Positions 25,220 through 38,884 of a stretch of 64,000 nt of DNA are shown one piece after another (position 1 is the stretch's first letter; every line of letters starts with the position of its first letter). Under the pieces are notes generated by a model that worked only from the letters and a program-made list of their open reading frames with translations, was not told the origin of the DNA and searched no databases. Origin of the DNA: Blasia pusilla (Eukaryota); assembly GCA_050084515.1 (NCBI GenBank), contig CM114271.1, positions 3,534,001-3,598,000 of the forward strand. The letters run 5' to 3'. The translations under genes were made by a program, and so were the position numbers.

Positions 25220-28200
25220 TAGTATCATAGTTATGTTAGACTTGGTAATTGCTATGATGCAAAGTCTTTTTCCATTGATTTATGTTTCTTTAGTTTTCCT
25301 AGTTTTTCTTCTAATCTGAAAATTAATCTCACACTTTACATAGACTTTTCATTGGTAAAAGGCTCATTGACGTTGCTTTTATTTCATTTTCCATAGCAAT
25401 GGCTTCTTCATCATCCCATCACCACCTTGAACAACTTGATGAAAGAAACTATAGCATGTTGTATTTTTCTATGATGTATTTATTGAGTGCTTTTTATGTA
25501 TGTTGAAGGGAAAATTGAGAGACCAAGTGAGGAAAATGCTCATGCGAGAGATAAATAGGATGAGGAAGAGATGGAAGAGAGAGCGTAGATTATTTTGCAT
25601 ATAAAGCTATCGCAGCAAAGTCATATTAGAAAGTGTAGGACAATGAAGGAGATGTAGGAAGTGTTAGCTCAAATCCATAAACCATCAAGTATTACTACAA
25701 AGCTTAATTTGCATATGAAGCTTTATAATCTTTGAAATTACGCAAGAAATTTTACGGTCCGTACTCCTCGAAGAGGTGGCGAGGCGTAAGTTAGCTTTTG
25801 CTTTTTTGGTGCAATCGACGGGGAAGCTTCCCCAACACAAGCAAAACGTAAGGTTGGACCACAAGTATGGAAATTTGAAAGGGAAAATCAACGTTTTAAA
25901 GTCAACCAGTAGATGTCAAACTTGTGGACAAATTGGGCATTGGAAGGGTGATTCTGAATGTCCAAAATTGAGAGACTATGCAACGAGTGCAAGTGTAGTT
26001 GTGGTCCTCTCAATAGGCGAGATGGTCAACATGCATTTAGCAAATGTACCAAGATCATTGGTAGATTATATTCGCATTGATTCTTCTGTCGATGTGCGTA
26101 TAAAAGGGGATTGAGAAGCGTATACGCTTCTATCCATTACAACCTTGTGCAAAAGGGGTTGCAGCTTCAACTTGGATGGAGATGGGATAGATTGGTTCCT
26201 ACCGTATAAAGATCTACTTGCTCTTGGGAAGCTTAAGGGAAAGGCTTATCTCATGTGTTTTGAAATTGAGCACACCAAAATTTTGGTAAAAGCTTGTATT
26301 GCAGGTCGATCACTTCTTGAGTGGCATCTAGCATTGGCACATGCATCTACATCAAAACTTCGTGAAGTAGAGCGCTCGCCGCTTAGGAGTTGTTGCAGGT
26401 TTGAAAATTGTTGGTAACAAAGAGCTAATACCAACATGTGAGGCATATATTTTCGTTAAGGCATATCTTCAGCCTTTTCTAGAGGCACATAAGCATGCAA
26501 AGGGAATTCTATATGTGGTCATTTCAGATCTAGGATACTATGACATGCCTAGCTTTGGAGATGCTAAATGGATGGCTGTGTAGATAGATAAGTGTTTGCA
26601 ATACACTGACTTAGCTTTCCTAAAGACTAAAGATCAGACTCATGAAGTATACCAGATTTGGGAGAGAGAAGTGTAGAGAAAGATGGAGCGGAAGGTGAAA
26701 ACTTTCCTTACTGACCAAGGCACGGAGTTATTGAACGAGAAGCTTGGTTCATACTTCAAGGCATAAGGAAACCGAAATATGGTAACAACTTCATACACAC
26801 ATGAGGTTGTTGGGATGGCGGAGCAAATGATGCGCACTATCTTTGAAGGAGTTTGCACACTCCTTGTAAGAACAAAGTTAGATTGTCGTTATTTGGGCCT
26901 ATGCAGTAAAATTTGTTGTGTGGACTCACAATCGGCTACCACATGCACAACTTAGTGGTAAGACACCCTGTATATAAAGCATTCTATAATGAGAAATCTT
27001 CTTTTCCCATGCTCATCCATTTGGTTTGTTCTGCTTGGTATCATATACCAAAGAAAAAGCAAAAAAAACTTGATGAAAGGGCAAGGAAAGCTATTTTTGT
27101 CAGCTATTTTGAGATTTCGAAGGGGTATGAGATTTATCTACTTGAGAGTAAGGAGATAATTCTTAGTTTTGATGTCATGTTTGATGAAAAGAAGCTAAAA
27201 ATTGTGACCTTTGACCTTGGCCCTTCAAGGACCAATGACTCTCGAGATATTGACCTTCATGTTGTGAAGTTTGGTTCTTCCAATCATACGAGAATCCCGG
27301 ACACCATAGAAGTTGGTGACACAAATGTTCTTGAAGAAAAAGAGGAAATTGGCGGAGGAAGTGAAGATAATATGGAAGGAGATGTTCAACTAGAACAACT
27401 TGTGCAATCTCACTCAAGGGGTGGAATTGATCTGATCAACATTATTGATGGACCATGCAGGCCTTAAAGTTTGAACACCTTGGAGAGAAGATGATGACTA
27501 TATATGAGTAGATTTTCTTTTGGTGATGCTTGAATTAGCAAAGGTTCCTCCACACTCTCAATCCGATCCCAAGACCTTGGAAGAAGCTTTGAACTCTCCC
27601 TTTGCAAATGAATGGAAAGTGGCCATCTAGGAGGATTTGGAATCTATAAACGAGCATGGAATATGGGAGTTCGTAGATCTACCACTTGGAAGAAAACCCA
27701 TAGATTCAAGATGCGTGTTTTGCACCAAGGTTGCATCAAATGGATCAATTGAGAGGTTCAAAACACGGTTGGTTGCAAAACGCTACCCCCAAATCGAAGA
27801 TTTTGACTATCATGAGTCTTTTGCACTTGTGGCATGCCTTGCAACAATTAGTGTGTTTTTTGCCCTATCAACCACTCTAGATTTGATTGTTCAACAACTT
27901 GATGTTGTTTTAGCTTATTTGAATGGTAAACTTAAGAAGGAGAATATCTTCATGAGAGGGCTTGAAGGTTTGGATACTCCTCTAGAGCACAAAGGCGAGG
28001 TTGTGTGATTGCTAAAGACTTTATATGGTCTGAAGCAAGCTAGACATGGATGGAATGAGAACTTGGATTGCTCCTTATTGACACTTGATTGGCAGCGCTC
28101 TAATTTTGACCCATATCTCTACACAATGAAGAGGGATCAGTTGGTCCTTGCCCTTATTGTGTATGTTGACAATGTGTTGATTGGGGGGAAAAATTTTGAG

Positions 28201-28783
28201 ATCGTTGTGACTCAAAAGGAAGATTTGGAGGGGTGCTATAAGATGAAAGATCTTGGTGAGTTGAATCATTTTCTTTGCATCACTTTTTCTCGACGTAAAG
28301 GAGATGGAGCCATAGATCCAAACTAAGTACGCGTCTCAAAATCTTGAAGAATTTGGGATGAAGGAGGCAAAAGATGTTGCAACACCAATGGAGCCAGGGC
28401 ATTGGTGCGAAAGATGTATCGCTTGACTCAAAAGGAGTCAAATTATATCAACAAGCATTGGAATTTTTGTTGTATTTGGAAAATGCAACTAAGTATGATA
28501 TCTCTTTTGCTTGCTAGCACTTTGCACGTTATATGTCTCGACCTTGCACATCACATTGGCAAGGAGTGAAACATGGTCGCACCAAACACTTTGATATTCA
28601 ACACCACTTCATAAGGAAGTGCGTAGAGAAAGGAGAAGTGGAACTCAAGTGTTGGCCAATAAAGCAAATGGCGACACACATCTTGACAAAACCACTAACT
28701 AGAGAAAAGTTTATTGCTTGTAGAAATATGTTAAGACTAGTGGAAGTCTAAAAAAGATGAGTTGCCCTTCCACAGAGAAGGAG

Positions 28784-29038
28784 TGTTAAAAATAAGGAAG
28801 ACCAATAAGCCCTTAAGGATTGGACTTTGTTCAGGGCCACTCCAATTATATTAGCCTAGACTTAGAATTATAAATCTGATATATTAGTTAGACTCACTTA
28901 TTATTCTTAACGAGGTATGATATGTCTTTTACTTTCACATAGTGAGTAGTGCATCCGAGTTGCTAAAGTTAACTTTGTTAATGGTGTTAGGACTTTGCAT
29001 TGATTTATTTCATTACTATGCAATTGGATCTTTTATCA
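28784..29038 (+). repeat. 3' LTR of the Copia element
   Basis: TG...CA after the PPT; shares GGCCACT.AATTATATTAGC and ACTTTGTTAATGGTGTTAGGACTTTGCATTGATTTATTTCATTA with the 5' LTR. Confidence 0.85.
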
Positions 29039-29699
29039 ATCTTTTAAAGAAGGGTTCCACTTCTTTGGGGATAGAGGGAGGAAGGGGCGATTTACTTATG
29101 CAATAAAGAAAAATTTTCAAAGAATTCAGTGTCAAAGTTTATGTATAAACATTTTTCATCGCAGGATGCGCAAAGGACTCTTACTTATGTAGTGTACTTT
29201 GGCCAATCTTTGAAGTATCAAAGATTGAAATGTAGATACACTCAATTGTCCAAACCATAAATGCAAAATTTGACTCATACCTATACTTTGTTAGATTCAC
29301 AAGTTCAACCAAACCCAAATGGAGACACGAGTTCCCTAGAAGAAGGATATGCGCAAGTAATATTCCACCTCATTTGGTACCCCCTCTTTCGACATGTGAC
29401 TTCCATAGAATATAGTATGCACCCAAGTCCGTCTACCTTCGATTAGTAAACTCCTCTGTCACCTCATTGGAGTATCACTTGGAAGAGAGTGAACTCCACT
29501 GTCACTTCATTGGAGTATCACTTGGAAGAGAGTGCTACGCTCTTTCAAATACATTTTTTGAACTATTTAAAGAAACTCTAATTTATGATCAAGTCACATG
29601 TATGGTCAAGTCAAATATGTGGCTTGTACATCCCAAATCATTTACTTGTGATTCTCCCTATAGGGGGAGGTTTCAGTTACTCAATAGACTACTTCTAGC

Positions 29700-30500
29700 T
29701 TGAATAACACCAAATCCAAGAATATAACAAAGTAAAGATATAATGTATGCATTCAAATCTCCAATTTCTTTCAACCCAAATAACATTATACATGCGGTAA
29801 GACTAAGTGGACACCTATAAAAGTTTGGCTAAGAATTGAACTAAATCCCAAAATGGTCAAATGATCTTTTAAATCAATTTTGAATGGTCCTATTGGTTGA
29901 GAAGGCGAGCAATCCAATGGCCTAAGAGGGCCAGATGTCGACAGGAGAGGTTTGATAATCGTAAGGGCACTCTTCAATAATAATGGAGAAAAACATTGGA
30001 TACCCAAACTAAAACTACCCTCACCAAATTCCTGCATCTAGGGACCCACACTCTAAATGGATTTACAAACCATGCTCCATAGAGCATTTGATATCTTTTT
30101 GCGGATGGGAAAATGCATGAATTATCCAAATACTTTCAGGGCTTGAACCCCACACATTAAAACCATCTTTCCAATATCCCCAAAATTTGACACCCCCAAA
30201 TAATTAATCCTCCACTATTTCCAAGTTCAATTGGCTCAATAAAAGGCCTTTTCACTATTTGAAGTCCATATTCCACTTAGTCATGACTACAATCTCAAAA
30301 CACTCCCTAGCATCGTGTTCACCTCTTGGGGAGATAGAATCAAGTGCCAAACAGAAGTGAAAAATACACATCCACATTCTTCATTGTTGTATCAATCAGG
30401 CCCTTATAATCAGTAGAGACATGTGCTTGAAGGCACACCAACAAACTATAAAAGCAAGCCATAAGCGTTTCAACCTTTCACCACTAAGCAAGTTTATGTG
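29700..30500 (-). mobile_element. LINE reverse-transcriptase fragment
   Basis: Decayed LDFEKAxDxxxW-like motif on the minus strand at ~30220-30270; heavily mutated. Confidence 0.45.
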
Positions 30501-31661
30501 GTTAGTTGAGGGACTTGCTTGACATGGGCGTTCCACAAACTCGTCCAGCAAGTAAGTCATGAATGTTCCGACCTTTCATAGCTCAGCAAGATCATGTAGT
30601 TTGAATTGAGAGGAAAGACATTAAAAGATGGGATGGAATGGGAAAGAGACCATGGGAGAACCCAGCAAATGAAAATGAAGAACTCAAAGAATAGGCAGGC
30701 CCACTCGGTTGGAATGAAAGAAACAGCAGGAAATGACAAGAAAACGAGGTAACCCTAAACTTCACCGACTTCTTAGGGTAAGGTCTGAGAAAATACTGGT
30801 TTATTTCAGTCTTCAGGAAAATTCTGTCGAGGCAGGTTTGTGCTGTTGCTATCTTTCCAAAACTGGAATAGCAATCAAATGATAAGAGTTTCATAGGGGT
30901 TCCAAAGAGAATCAGCGACTGGACATTGTATCACTTTTCTTGGATTCCAAAGCAAGAAATCCATCCCAATTCTCACTACCTAAATTTATATGACAAAATC
31001 CCAAACAAGTGAAAGAAATGAAGATTCTGGTCATTGGATTAATCTCATCATGACGTCATTTTGTGCATCATTACTATTATACTCACAAGCTTTTTTGAAA
31101 ATCTTATTTCGAGAGACATTTCTTCCATCAGAAACGTCAAAGTATAGCTGATAACTCTCTGAACAATAGTACAATCCGAAGTTTGAAAGGTTGTGGATCC
31201 CACCAGATGGAGCAAGGGTCTTGTCACCCCCAAGCATACCAACAAACCTGGTGGTAAAACCTGATCTGAAGTGACATACTCCATCACATAAAAGGCTTGT
31301 CCAGCTGCCTGCTTGCCCTGGTCGATGTTGATACCAGTTTGGAAAGGATAGGCTGGATGAAAGTGGACCTCACCAAAGCTTCTACTGGACTAATTTAACA
31401 GGAGAAAAATGTTAATTAGGACAAAATTTGGGACTCAAAGAGAACTGGCAACGCTCTGAGAACCGGCATATCAGGTTTCCGAAAGGCTGGGCTTGAACTT
31501 CAGAAAAAGAGGAATGGGTGATCAATGCGAAGGAAGTTACACTTCTTCTAAGCCTAGTTATGACGCCGAGGCATGTCCTGTGAGTGACGTAATGACAATC
31601 ACCAGAACCTCTGACTCGCACCTTCTTTTCTCCAGGAAAGCTTGCTTGCTCTTCGCTTCTC

Positions 31662-34456
31662 TTAACGCATGCTACCCTCTCGCAGAACGTCAATCATGTT
31701 GTAGACCTTCTTCTCGGATTGCTCCTCGATCTTAACCATTGGACAGACGCATTATTAGTGCCATTCATGACTACAGGGCTTGAATGGCGATTAAGTGGAA
31801 ATTTTCGGTCCAATGGGGGAACCTCACATCTCACTATAACTTCAACTGATAAGAAAATCAACATCTCCTCCAAAATGCAAATGGATAGAATCTGCACTGT
31901 TACTTCTTGATAAAATGTGGAGAGAACAAGGGAGTACACCATAGCTACCTTCTTCATGAGAAATAGAACTGCATCAACAGTTCCTTGAGCATAAATACTC
32001 CTCCCACAAACATTGTGCTGGAACTCAAACGCAACCCTGAAGATACCAAGAGAATGGATTACACCATATCCTGTACTTGAGAAGAAAGGAGCGTTTCGAA
32101 TGTAGAACTCACAATTGCAGACCAACTCAACTCCCTGACTGGGCAGGCAACACTCAGACTTTTTGCTTACGTCTGATCAGGTGAAACAACCCGGTATGTG
32201 TGGAAAGCATGACCATTCAAGAACTCCTCAGGGACTCCTATCCTGTTTGTTTGCTCTTCACGATCCCGTATCAGCTCAACCTGGGAAGTATACCCACAAA
32301 TCTTAGCTATCTGGTAAGGATCCTGGTGGAAAGTGATTGTGGCCCATCTCATCCCCTTGCTTGTGCCACAGCAAAGAAACTCTCAGTGGTGTATGAGTAA
32401 GACAGCCATCTCTTCTAGTACACAACAAAATCGCTAAAAGGATGGTTTACAAAACGACCTTGAAGTCTACCAGGCCAGAAAGAGGCTAACAAGTTCAAAA
32501 AAACCAAGCGAATATCCATCTGCACATCTGAAATGAATGGGGAATTCCGACAGATATAAACTCCTTGTGCATAATGAATCAGTGACACACCTCGTCAATA
32601 TCAAAGTCGAGACCGAGCTTTACAAAGCTTCCTATAATGGCTTTGGCTGTGCCTGATGTGTCCAACTTGCTCGCCTGGTGAGATTCTGTCACCTGTCGTA
32701 ATAAACTCTTCATTTAAGCAAGCTTTACGTTTTACTCACACCAAAGTGGAGAGGAAGTGCACATCTGGCAAAAATGGGAAAGAAACGAACTCTACACTAG
32801 TGCGGAGCAATTAAGCTTTAGATTTACAAACCTTCAGTGTGTAGCCTGAAAACGCCCCTGGGAACTGTTCTGCCATGATTTCCATTGCCGCCTGAAATGC
32901 AACTACCTAAATTGCAAAATATCTGAAGTGAGAAACAGTTCTTTCCAAACAGCACATGCCACCTGAACCTGCCTGAACATCTGCGACAAACCAAAATGCT
33001 AGATGAGAAGTTTTGACCGTGTCTAGGTATGGAGAAGACTCATACCTGCTTTCCCATCTGTGGAGAGATAACAGCAAAATTTCCAGAAGCTTGCACAACG
33101 TCCATTAGCTTGAGCCTGTCTCCCCCAGTTGTACCCATAACAAAAGGTACACCTCGCCTGCAGTAGAATTCAGCATTATCTGGAAAGATTGTGACACAAC
33201 TATTTCATTACCAGAGCCTTTTTGATGAGTCGGGCGACAAGTTTCAAACATATAGAAAATTGATAAAGTCTAACACGTAGATGGACTTTGCATTGGGTAC
33301 GCTAGTCACCAGTCCAGATGACCAAAAGTTATTTCCAAGCTTCAATGGTGGGAATTAAAAAAGAGCTTTGTGCATACCCTACAAAAAAAACAGAAGATGA
33401 GAACACACGCAGGGTTCCCAATGAATGTAAATCTGACAATTAGGAGACAATTCTCACCATTCACTGCCATTGGAACGGTGTAGTCCACCACCACCAACTT
33501 GGGGTACTCGATAAGAACCTTGTCCATGACTGATTCTCGCTCAGATTTATCATGCACTTTCACTTTCACACCCTTCACATCGATCTCATCTTCTAGAACT
33601 GATCCTCCAGTCAAGCTGTAAGGAACCAGCTGGAGACCTGCCTCCACAGCTGCCTCAGCTGAAGCACGTCCCATCTTTCCCATGCAATCATTGACCTGCA
33701 GAGATGACAGCCCATTCATCATTCTTGGCGACATTGCCTCCCTGACCCGCCAGGTCCCGACTCGAGCAATCTAACACAAAATGACTACCTCTCTGGAATG
33801 TGAGGGAGGGGGATGATGAATCATGGGTGCCATAATCTCTGAATGGGAGACACGTCTTAAAATGAAACAAACGGCCAATCTGGAACTACTCCCTCAAATA
33901 TCTCCTTGCTCCACCAAATGCCAACTCCACGGATGCAATCCACCGTCAAAAGCTCTTTACGAGTCTCAGTAGCATAGAAATTACTTGCTCAGGAAAATCA
34001 GGATCACCAATAGGAGGACTCCTGATACATGAATCCAAGCCCTGCTTGCAATACACTCTCTCGCAGCCCCAAAAGTCGTCCGACCAGTAGTACCAAATGC
34101 AAAGTGCCTAGACTCGCAACGTCAGTACTATAAATGCAACCATAGCACATGAAATCCACCAAATGATCAAGAAATACAGAGGAAGAGGAAGAAAGTACCA
34201 TGACTGGGCCGAAGCGCGTCACAGGAGACTCAGGTTTCTCTGCAGCAGCGGAAGCTCGCACTTGCAGAGTCTCCATTTGCCTCCTCACGCCGGCACTCCG
34301 TTCCTGCTTGCGCAGCTGCGCCACGGCCAACCTCGAGCTCCCCCAAGTCCCCGCGGATCTCTGGAAGCCGCTCGCACAGGCACCCGCATTCCCACTCCAC
34401 AGGTGCGCGTTCTTCACCTCCCACCGGAGGTGCACCGCCTGCGCCAAACTGTGCAT
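31662..34456 (-). CDS. DAPB: 4-hydroxy-tetrahydrodipicolinate reductase (dihydrodipicolinate reductase), chloroplastic; 8 exons
   Basis: Approximate exons 34456-34199, 33695-33458, 33179-33046, 32906-32832, 32691-32590, 32279-32171, 32036-31949, 31730-31662, all GT-AG. Transit-peptide-like N-terminus; motifs GKMG, VVVDYTVP, PFVMGTTGGDR, ESHQASKLDTSGTAK, GHAFHTY, FEFQHNVCGRSIYAQGTVDA and YNMIDVLREGSMR*. Confidence 0.95.
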
Positions 34457-34558
34457 GCTGATGGGAGGGCTGTGCGAATGCGAGAACAATGTTCATTCAT
34501 TCATTCAGTGCATCGCTGCACTTTCGGCCGTCTCTGATTCGCCTCTACTCCCTTTCCG

Positions 34559-34815
34559 CACTTTCTCTGAGTCGCTCTATATCTTTCGCGTCGCGATGAG
34601 CAATTGCTTCCGCATTTCCTCTCTCTGTCACTCTAAACTTTCGCGTCGCGAGGATCAATTGTTTCTTCACTTTCTCTGAGCCACTCTATATCTTTCGCGT
34701 CGCGAGGAGCAATTGCTTCCTCACTTTCTGTCTCTGTCACTCTAAACATTCGCATCGCGAGGAGCACTTGTTTACTCACTTTCTCTGAGTCACTCTATAC
34801 CTTTCGCTTCGCAAT
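34559..34815. repeat. Tandem ~55-bp repeat (about 5 units, 109-bp dimer period) just upstream of the DAPB start codon
   Basis: CACTTTCTCTGAG at 34559, 34668 and 34777; TCGCGTCGCGA-like core about every 55 bp. Confidence 0.9.
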
Positions 34816-36978
34816 TGTTCCCCCATATCTCTTTCGTTTGATTGCACCCATAACTTCAAAAATGGGTTTTCTATCTTATGCGGGTCTCCATAGCTTTTTT
34901 GCGGGCTCGGCTCGTGGGAGGGCGAATTATTTAGATGTTGTTGATATTGTTTATGTACTTCCTTTTCGGTTGTGGATTTCACGTCCTCGATTCTTTAATC
35001 ACCTTTTTTTCCAGATGGGTTTTCCATCACTTTTTTGTTGGGACTTCTTTCTTTATGAATGAATCTATCTCTTTCGTTAGAGTGCGTGGGAGCATTCTTG
35101 AGGGAGGACTTAAGGGAGGAAAAAATTAATCATATTGTATCATCTAATTTAAATTGCAACGTAGAATAGATTTAAGTAATTAGATTCAACCTCTTCTCCC
35201 GTTCATTAGTTAGATCCATGTAGCAAGGGGTGTTTTCATCAATAACCCATGCATATAATAGGCGAGGACTAGTTGTAGTATGTGTTGGGTGGGGTGACTT
35301 CCTAACATGATACAATTCCCATCTTATTCATTAGTCATTTTAATAAATTAAAACAAAGGAGTGTTCATCATTAGATCGTGCATGGTAGAGACATTCACTA
35401 GTCTATACTAATTGGCAGCCCTCTCATCAAGAAAAGCCTTCGAGTTCCACACTTGGGTGGCTTTGCATTGTGACACATGTCCCATCTAATTAGTTAGATC
35501 CATCTAACTAATTTACAAAAAGTTGTGTCCTAATTTAGAGAAAGTATGTGTGGCACAAGCACCGACTAGTTGTGATTGGGGATCATCTAGAAAATTATGC
35601 TACAATTAGATCCACCTAGTTAGATGCCCATGGGAGACATTGGCATTTTACTTGGGATGAATGCTCGTGCTAAACCCTCATCATCGCGATCATGATATAA
35701 TTTAAAATTTGAACGATAAGTATGTGGGAGGCTTCTATCGGTCAAAATTGTAAGGTGTTGATATCTCAAGTAAGCAATCACAAGAGGGATGTCTCTCATA
35801 ATAGTATAAAGATGCAGAAGATAGAGTTTATGGATAGAATATGAAACAATTGTAACGGCCCCTTAAAGAGCCTCTCAAACAAGGGAAGAAACTAGCACAT
35901 ATGAGAAGACATGGAGAATGGTGAGGATGATTACAGGTGGATGGGTTGTATGAAGGGAATTGAAAACAAAACCTACTTGCAGAGGTCGTAATTAAATCTT
36001 ATATAGAAAATTTTTGGAGACCAGTGTCAAAAAGGAAGGGCATATTTGACACCACGTGTCAACCGAAGAGGTGTCGCCATCGAGGAGATATTCCTCCCAT
36101 TATAGTTTTGATTATACTACAATTAATATTTGATTCAAGTAATGGTGTGATAAATCTTGGGGAAAATATGGTTGGTTGGCTTACTTAATCTCTGATTTTG
36201 TGCAAAAGAAAAAAAGCATTTACAAGCTTGTGTTAAACCACTCCAATTATTATCTTCACTAGTCGATGGCCAATTGCAAAGCTTGGATTCTTTAACTAAA
36301 CCTATACCCAAGAAGAGCATTCGCATATTCTAGTAACTACTCATATAATAACAAACTTTAATGGTTGATTTCCAAGTGTGGAGCGTTAGTCCTATATCCA
36401 AAAAGAGCATCCATACAACTTAGTAACAATTGATATAGTAGTAGATTTTGTAGTCATTAACTCCAATAGCTAACTCAATGATTAAAAGCTTACGAGGTTA
36501 TCTTTGTTGAATCTTTTTCAAAACAAAGCTTTTTCAATGAAATGTAGAGTTGATCACATAAAACCCATTGATGAAAGAAATATTGCAATTGTGTACGAAA
36601 TCAAATAGTACGAATCAAATATTGTTTTCTACAATCCATCATTTGCATAGAGTATCATATAAAAAAAATGCATACTTGGTTATGTAAACTTGAAGTGGTA
36701 GAAATTGACCTTATGCACTATTATCCGCCATAATCCACATTACTAATATCTATTCTATAAAATGGAATACACAATATAGAGTTGTGCAAAAATATTAAAG
36801 TAGCAAGTCTAATGAACTCTTGTAACTTCTAGTGTATATAAACAAGAAAGGGAGCTAGTTTACTAAAGTAGTCGCTAGGATGAAAAGCAAACCCTAGAGC
36901 ATACAACTAAGTTTCTATAGATGTATAAAACATAATGTGAAGTACAAAAAAATGTTTTTGTTGTGAAAATAAGATACA

Positions 36979-37012
36979 CTAGTTAGCATGTCCATGTTAC
37001 GCACGGAAAGAG
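36979..37012 (-). mobile_element. Helitron-like 3' terminus (hairpin + CTAG|T)
   Basis: Minus strand reads TCCGTGCGTAACATGGA CATGCTAA CTAG|T. The matching 5' end is not securely identified. Confidence 0.55.
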
Positions 37013-38447
37013 TTAGCATGAGGTATTTTGTAAAGAATTATTAGAAAAGAAAATTGAATTAAGGATTGGAGCCTTTTTTTAACAGCCCACTCCTCACATA
37101 CATAAAATCACCACTAAACCACTCTCTCATAAATATAACCCCAACCAATCAAATTAAACCCCATTACTTCCTACAATAATTACTTTCGAGGGATTGGTTC
37201 GAGATTGTTTGCATATTTGATTTGTGCATTAGTTGGAGGTAAAATATGAACTTAGTTGTCCTTTTCTACACTTTTGCTTTGAGAGAGATAGAACCATAAT
37301 GAAAAATATTAAATGATTGCCTTCTTATCACTAAATATCTAATATCCTAAAGAATATTGAGCACAATATATACTACAAGGATTAAATGCCATGTTATGTG
37401 TAACTTGGAATTTATCCTAAGAATATTTCAAAACTATTTTAGCATATGCACAAGGAAGGATCGTAACGCCACAAGTAGGATTAGGCAACTCAATGAGGGG
37501 AGATGATGTGTATTTTACTTATGGATCTTCATAATGCGAAAAAAATACTTCTTACTTGTTTGTAAATGAAGTTTGGATTATAAGGATAGGGAAGTTACAA
37601 ATAAAAGGGAGTTCATTCTTCTAGAAGAAAAAAAAAAACCTTTGGATCCTATGGGGGATGGGCATGAGATAATCCCTTATCCCTACGTAGCATCTAGGCA
37701 CCAAATACTAGGATATATTATTAAGGCAACACAGATCCTTAACAAAAAGAATATATTTCCTCTTTGGGATATTTTTTGGGGATTGATATCCTATGTATAT
37801 TGTAAAGGGTCCTTCGATGGCAAATTCTAATATCTCCACTCCTTCCGTCTACAAAGATGGTATGTAGATAAATCTATATGATGCAATGAGGAGAGGGGGG
37901 TCAATTTTTTGAGTACTTGTGCTCCCAAAAAAATGAAACATTTTTATAAAAGGTAGGTATATTTTGAATAGTAAGTTCATACTTTCTAAGATTAGAGTGG
38001 ATTATATATATATGCATGGACGTTTACTTTATAAGATTGGATCTCCTCTAGCATCCATAGAAATCTCCACCAACAGAGCTTCAGCACCGGCTAGCATCTG
38101 ATAGTTAGAGGATACATAAAGTAGTATTAAAATACGTCAGAGCTACCACAAGATGTGGCGAAGTTGCGGCAATAATATTTACATGGACCTAGGAGCTTAT
38201 TTCATAGTGTTGTAAAGTAGAAAACATAGAAGGCACATTCTTATGCCAATTCATTGCATGACCTATCTCACTAGTAGAGAGAAACATGGAGTTGGAATGA
38301 GTAAACTCCTCCAAGAGAACCCATAAAATTCCTCCCATAGGACTTTTGCAAGTATATCGTATGGGCGCCCCCACTAGTAAAAAGAGGGTATGAAGTTGGA
38401 GGGAATAAATTCCTCCAAGAGAACCCTAACATTAAAGTATATTTATG

Positions 38448-38884
38448 CTAGTGTAAACCCGTGGGATACATGGTTTTAAATTATTTCTCATAATTAACTC
38501 TCAAATTTTTTAATTGTTATTTTAAATAAAATTCAAATGATCCCATTGGTTTAGAAAGCAAACAACCTTATTGACTAAAAGTGCCCAGAGTCAAGAGGAA
38601 AGTTGTTTGCAAAATGAAAAGATACTCTCAATCTGTATTATTAAAAGAGGACGGGATTTCGGAAACCCCTCCTCTGGTGTGGACACGTATGCTTTTTTAA
38701 GCCTTCCCGTGTCGACACCTAGACAAGAAGACTTAATTAAGATGTGCGGGTGAAGTAACACGTAAGTAACTCCAATAAAGTAGTATTTATTAATTCGTAT
38801 TCTTCCTCTCCAAAAGCGCACTATTTTTTTGTTCGTATCGATTGGGAGGTTCTTCACCCGTGCTCCGACAAGTAATAATATAGA
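38448..38884 (-). mobile_element. Non-autonomous Helitron (~437 bp)
   Basis: Minus strand starts A|TCTATATTATTACTTG and ends CCATGTATCCCACGGGTTTACACTAG (decayed hairpin + CTAG). Confidence 0.7.

Larger units (their letters stand above)
24958..29038 (+). mobile_element. Degenerate Ty1/Copia LTR retrotransposon (~4.1 kb)
   Basis: Zinc knuckle CQTCGQIGHWKGDSEC; GAG-pre-integrase WHLALAH; integrase tail (KKLDERARKAIFVSY); RT (RFKTRLVAK, QLDVVLAYLNG, LYGLKQA, YVDN); RNase H tail RTKHFDIQHHF. Int-before-RT order. Decayed tRNA-iMet PBS (TAGTATCATAG, 25220) and PPT (AGAGAAGGAG, ~28775). Many stops; most of RNase H deleted. Confidence 0.93.

Noticed and set aside
29449-29533. 43-bp direct tandem duplication
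   Set aside because: Real, but typical slippage or repair duplication within TE debris.
34559-34815. CRISPR-like appearance of this and the 23.4-kb repeat
   Set aside because: Eukaryotic context, no unique spacers, no cas genes; ordinary minisatellites.
35150-35650. Recurrent TAGTTAGATCCA / GACTAGTTG motifs
   Set aside because: Probably subterminal repeats of a decayed TE; period and ends could not be defined.
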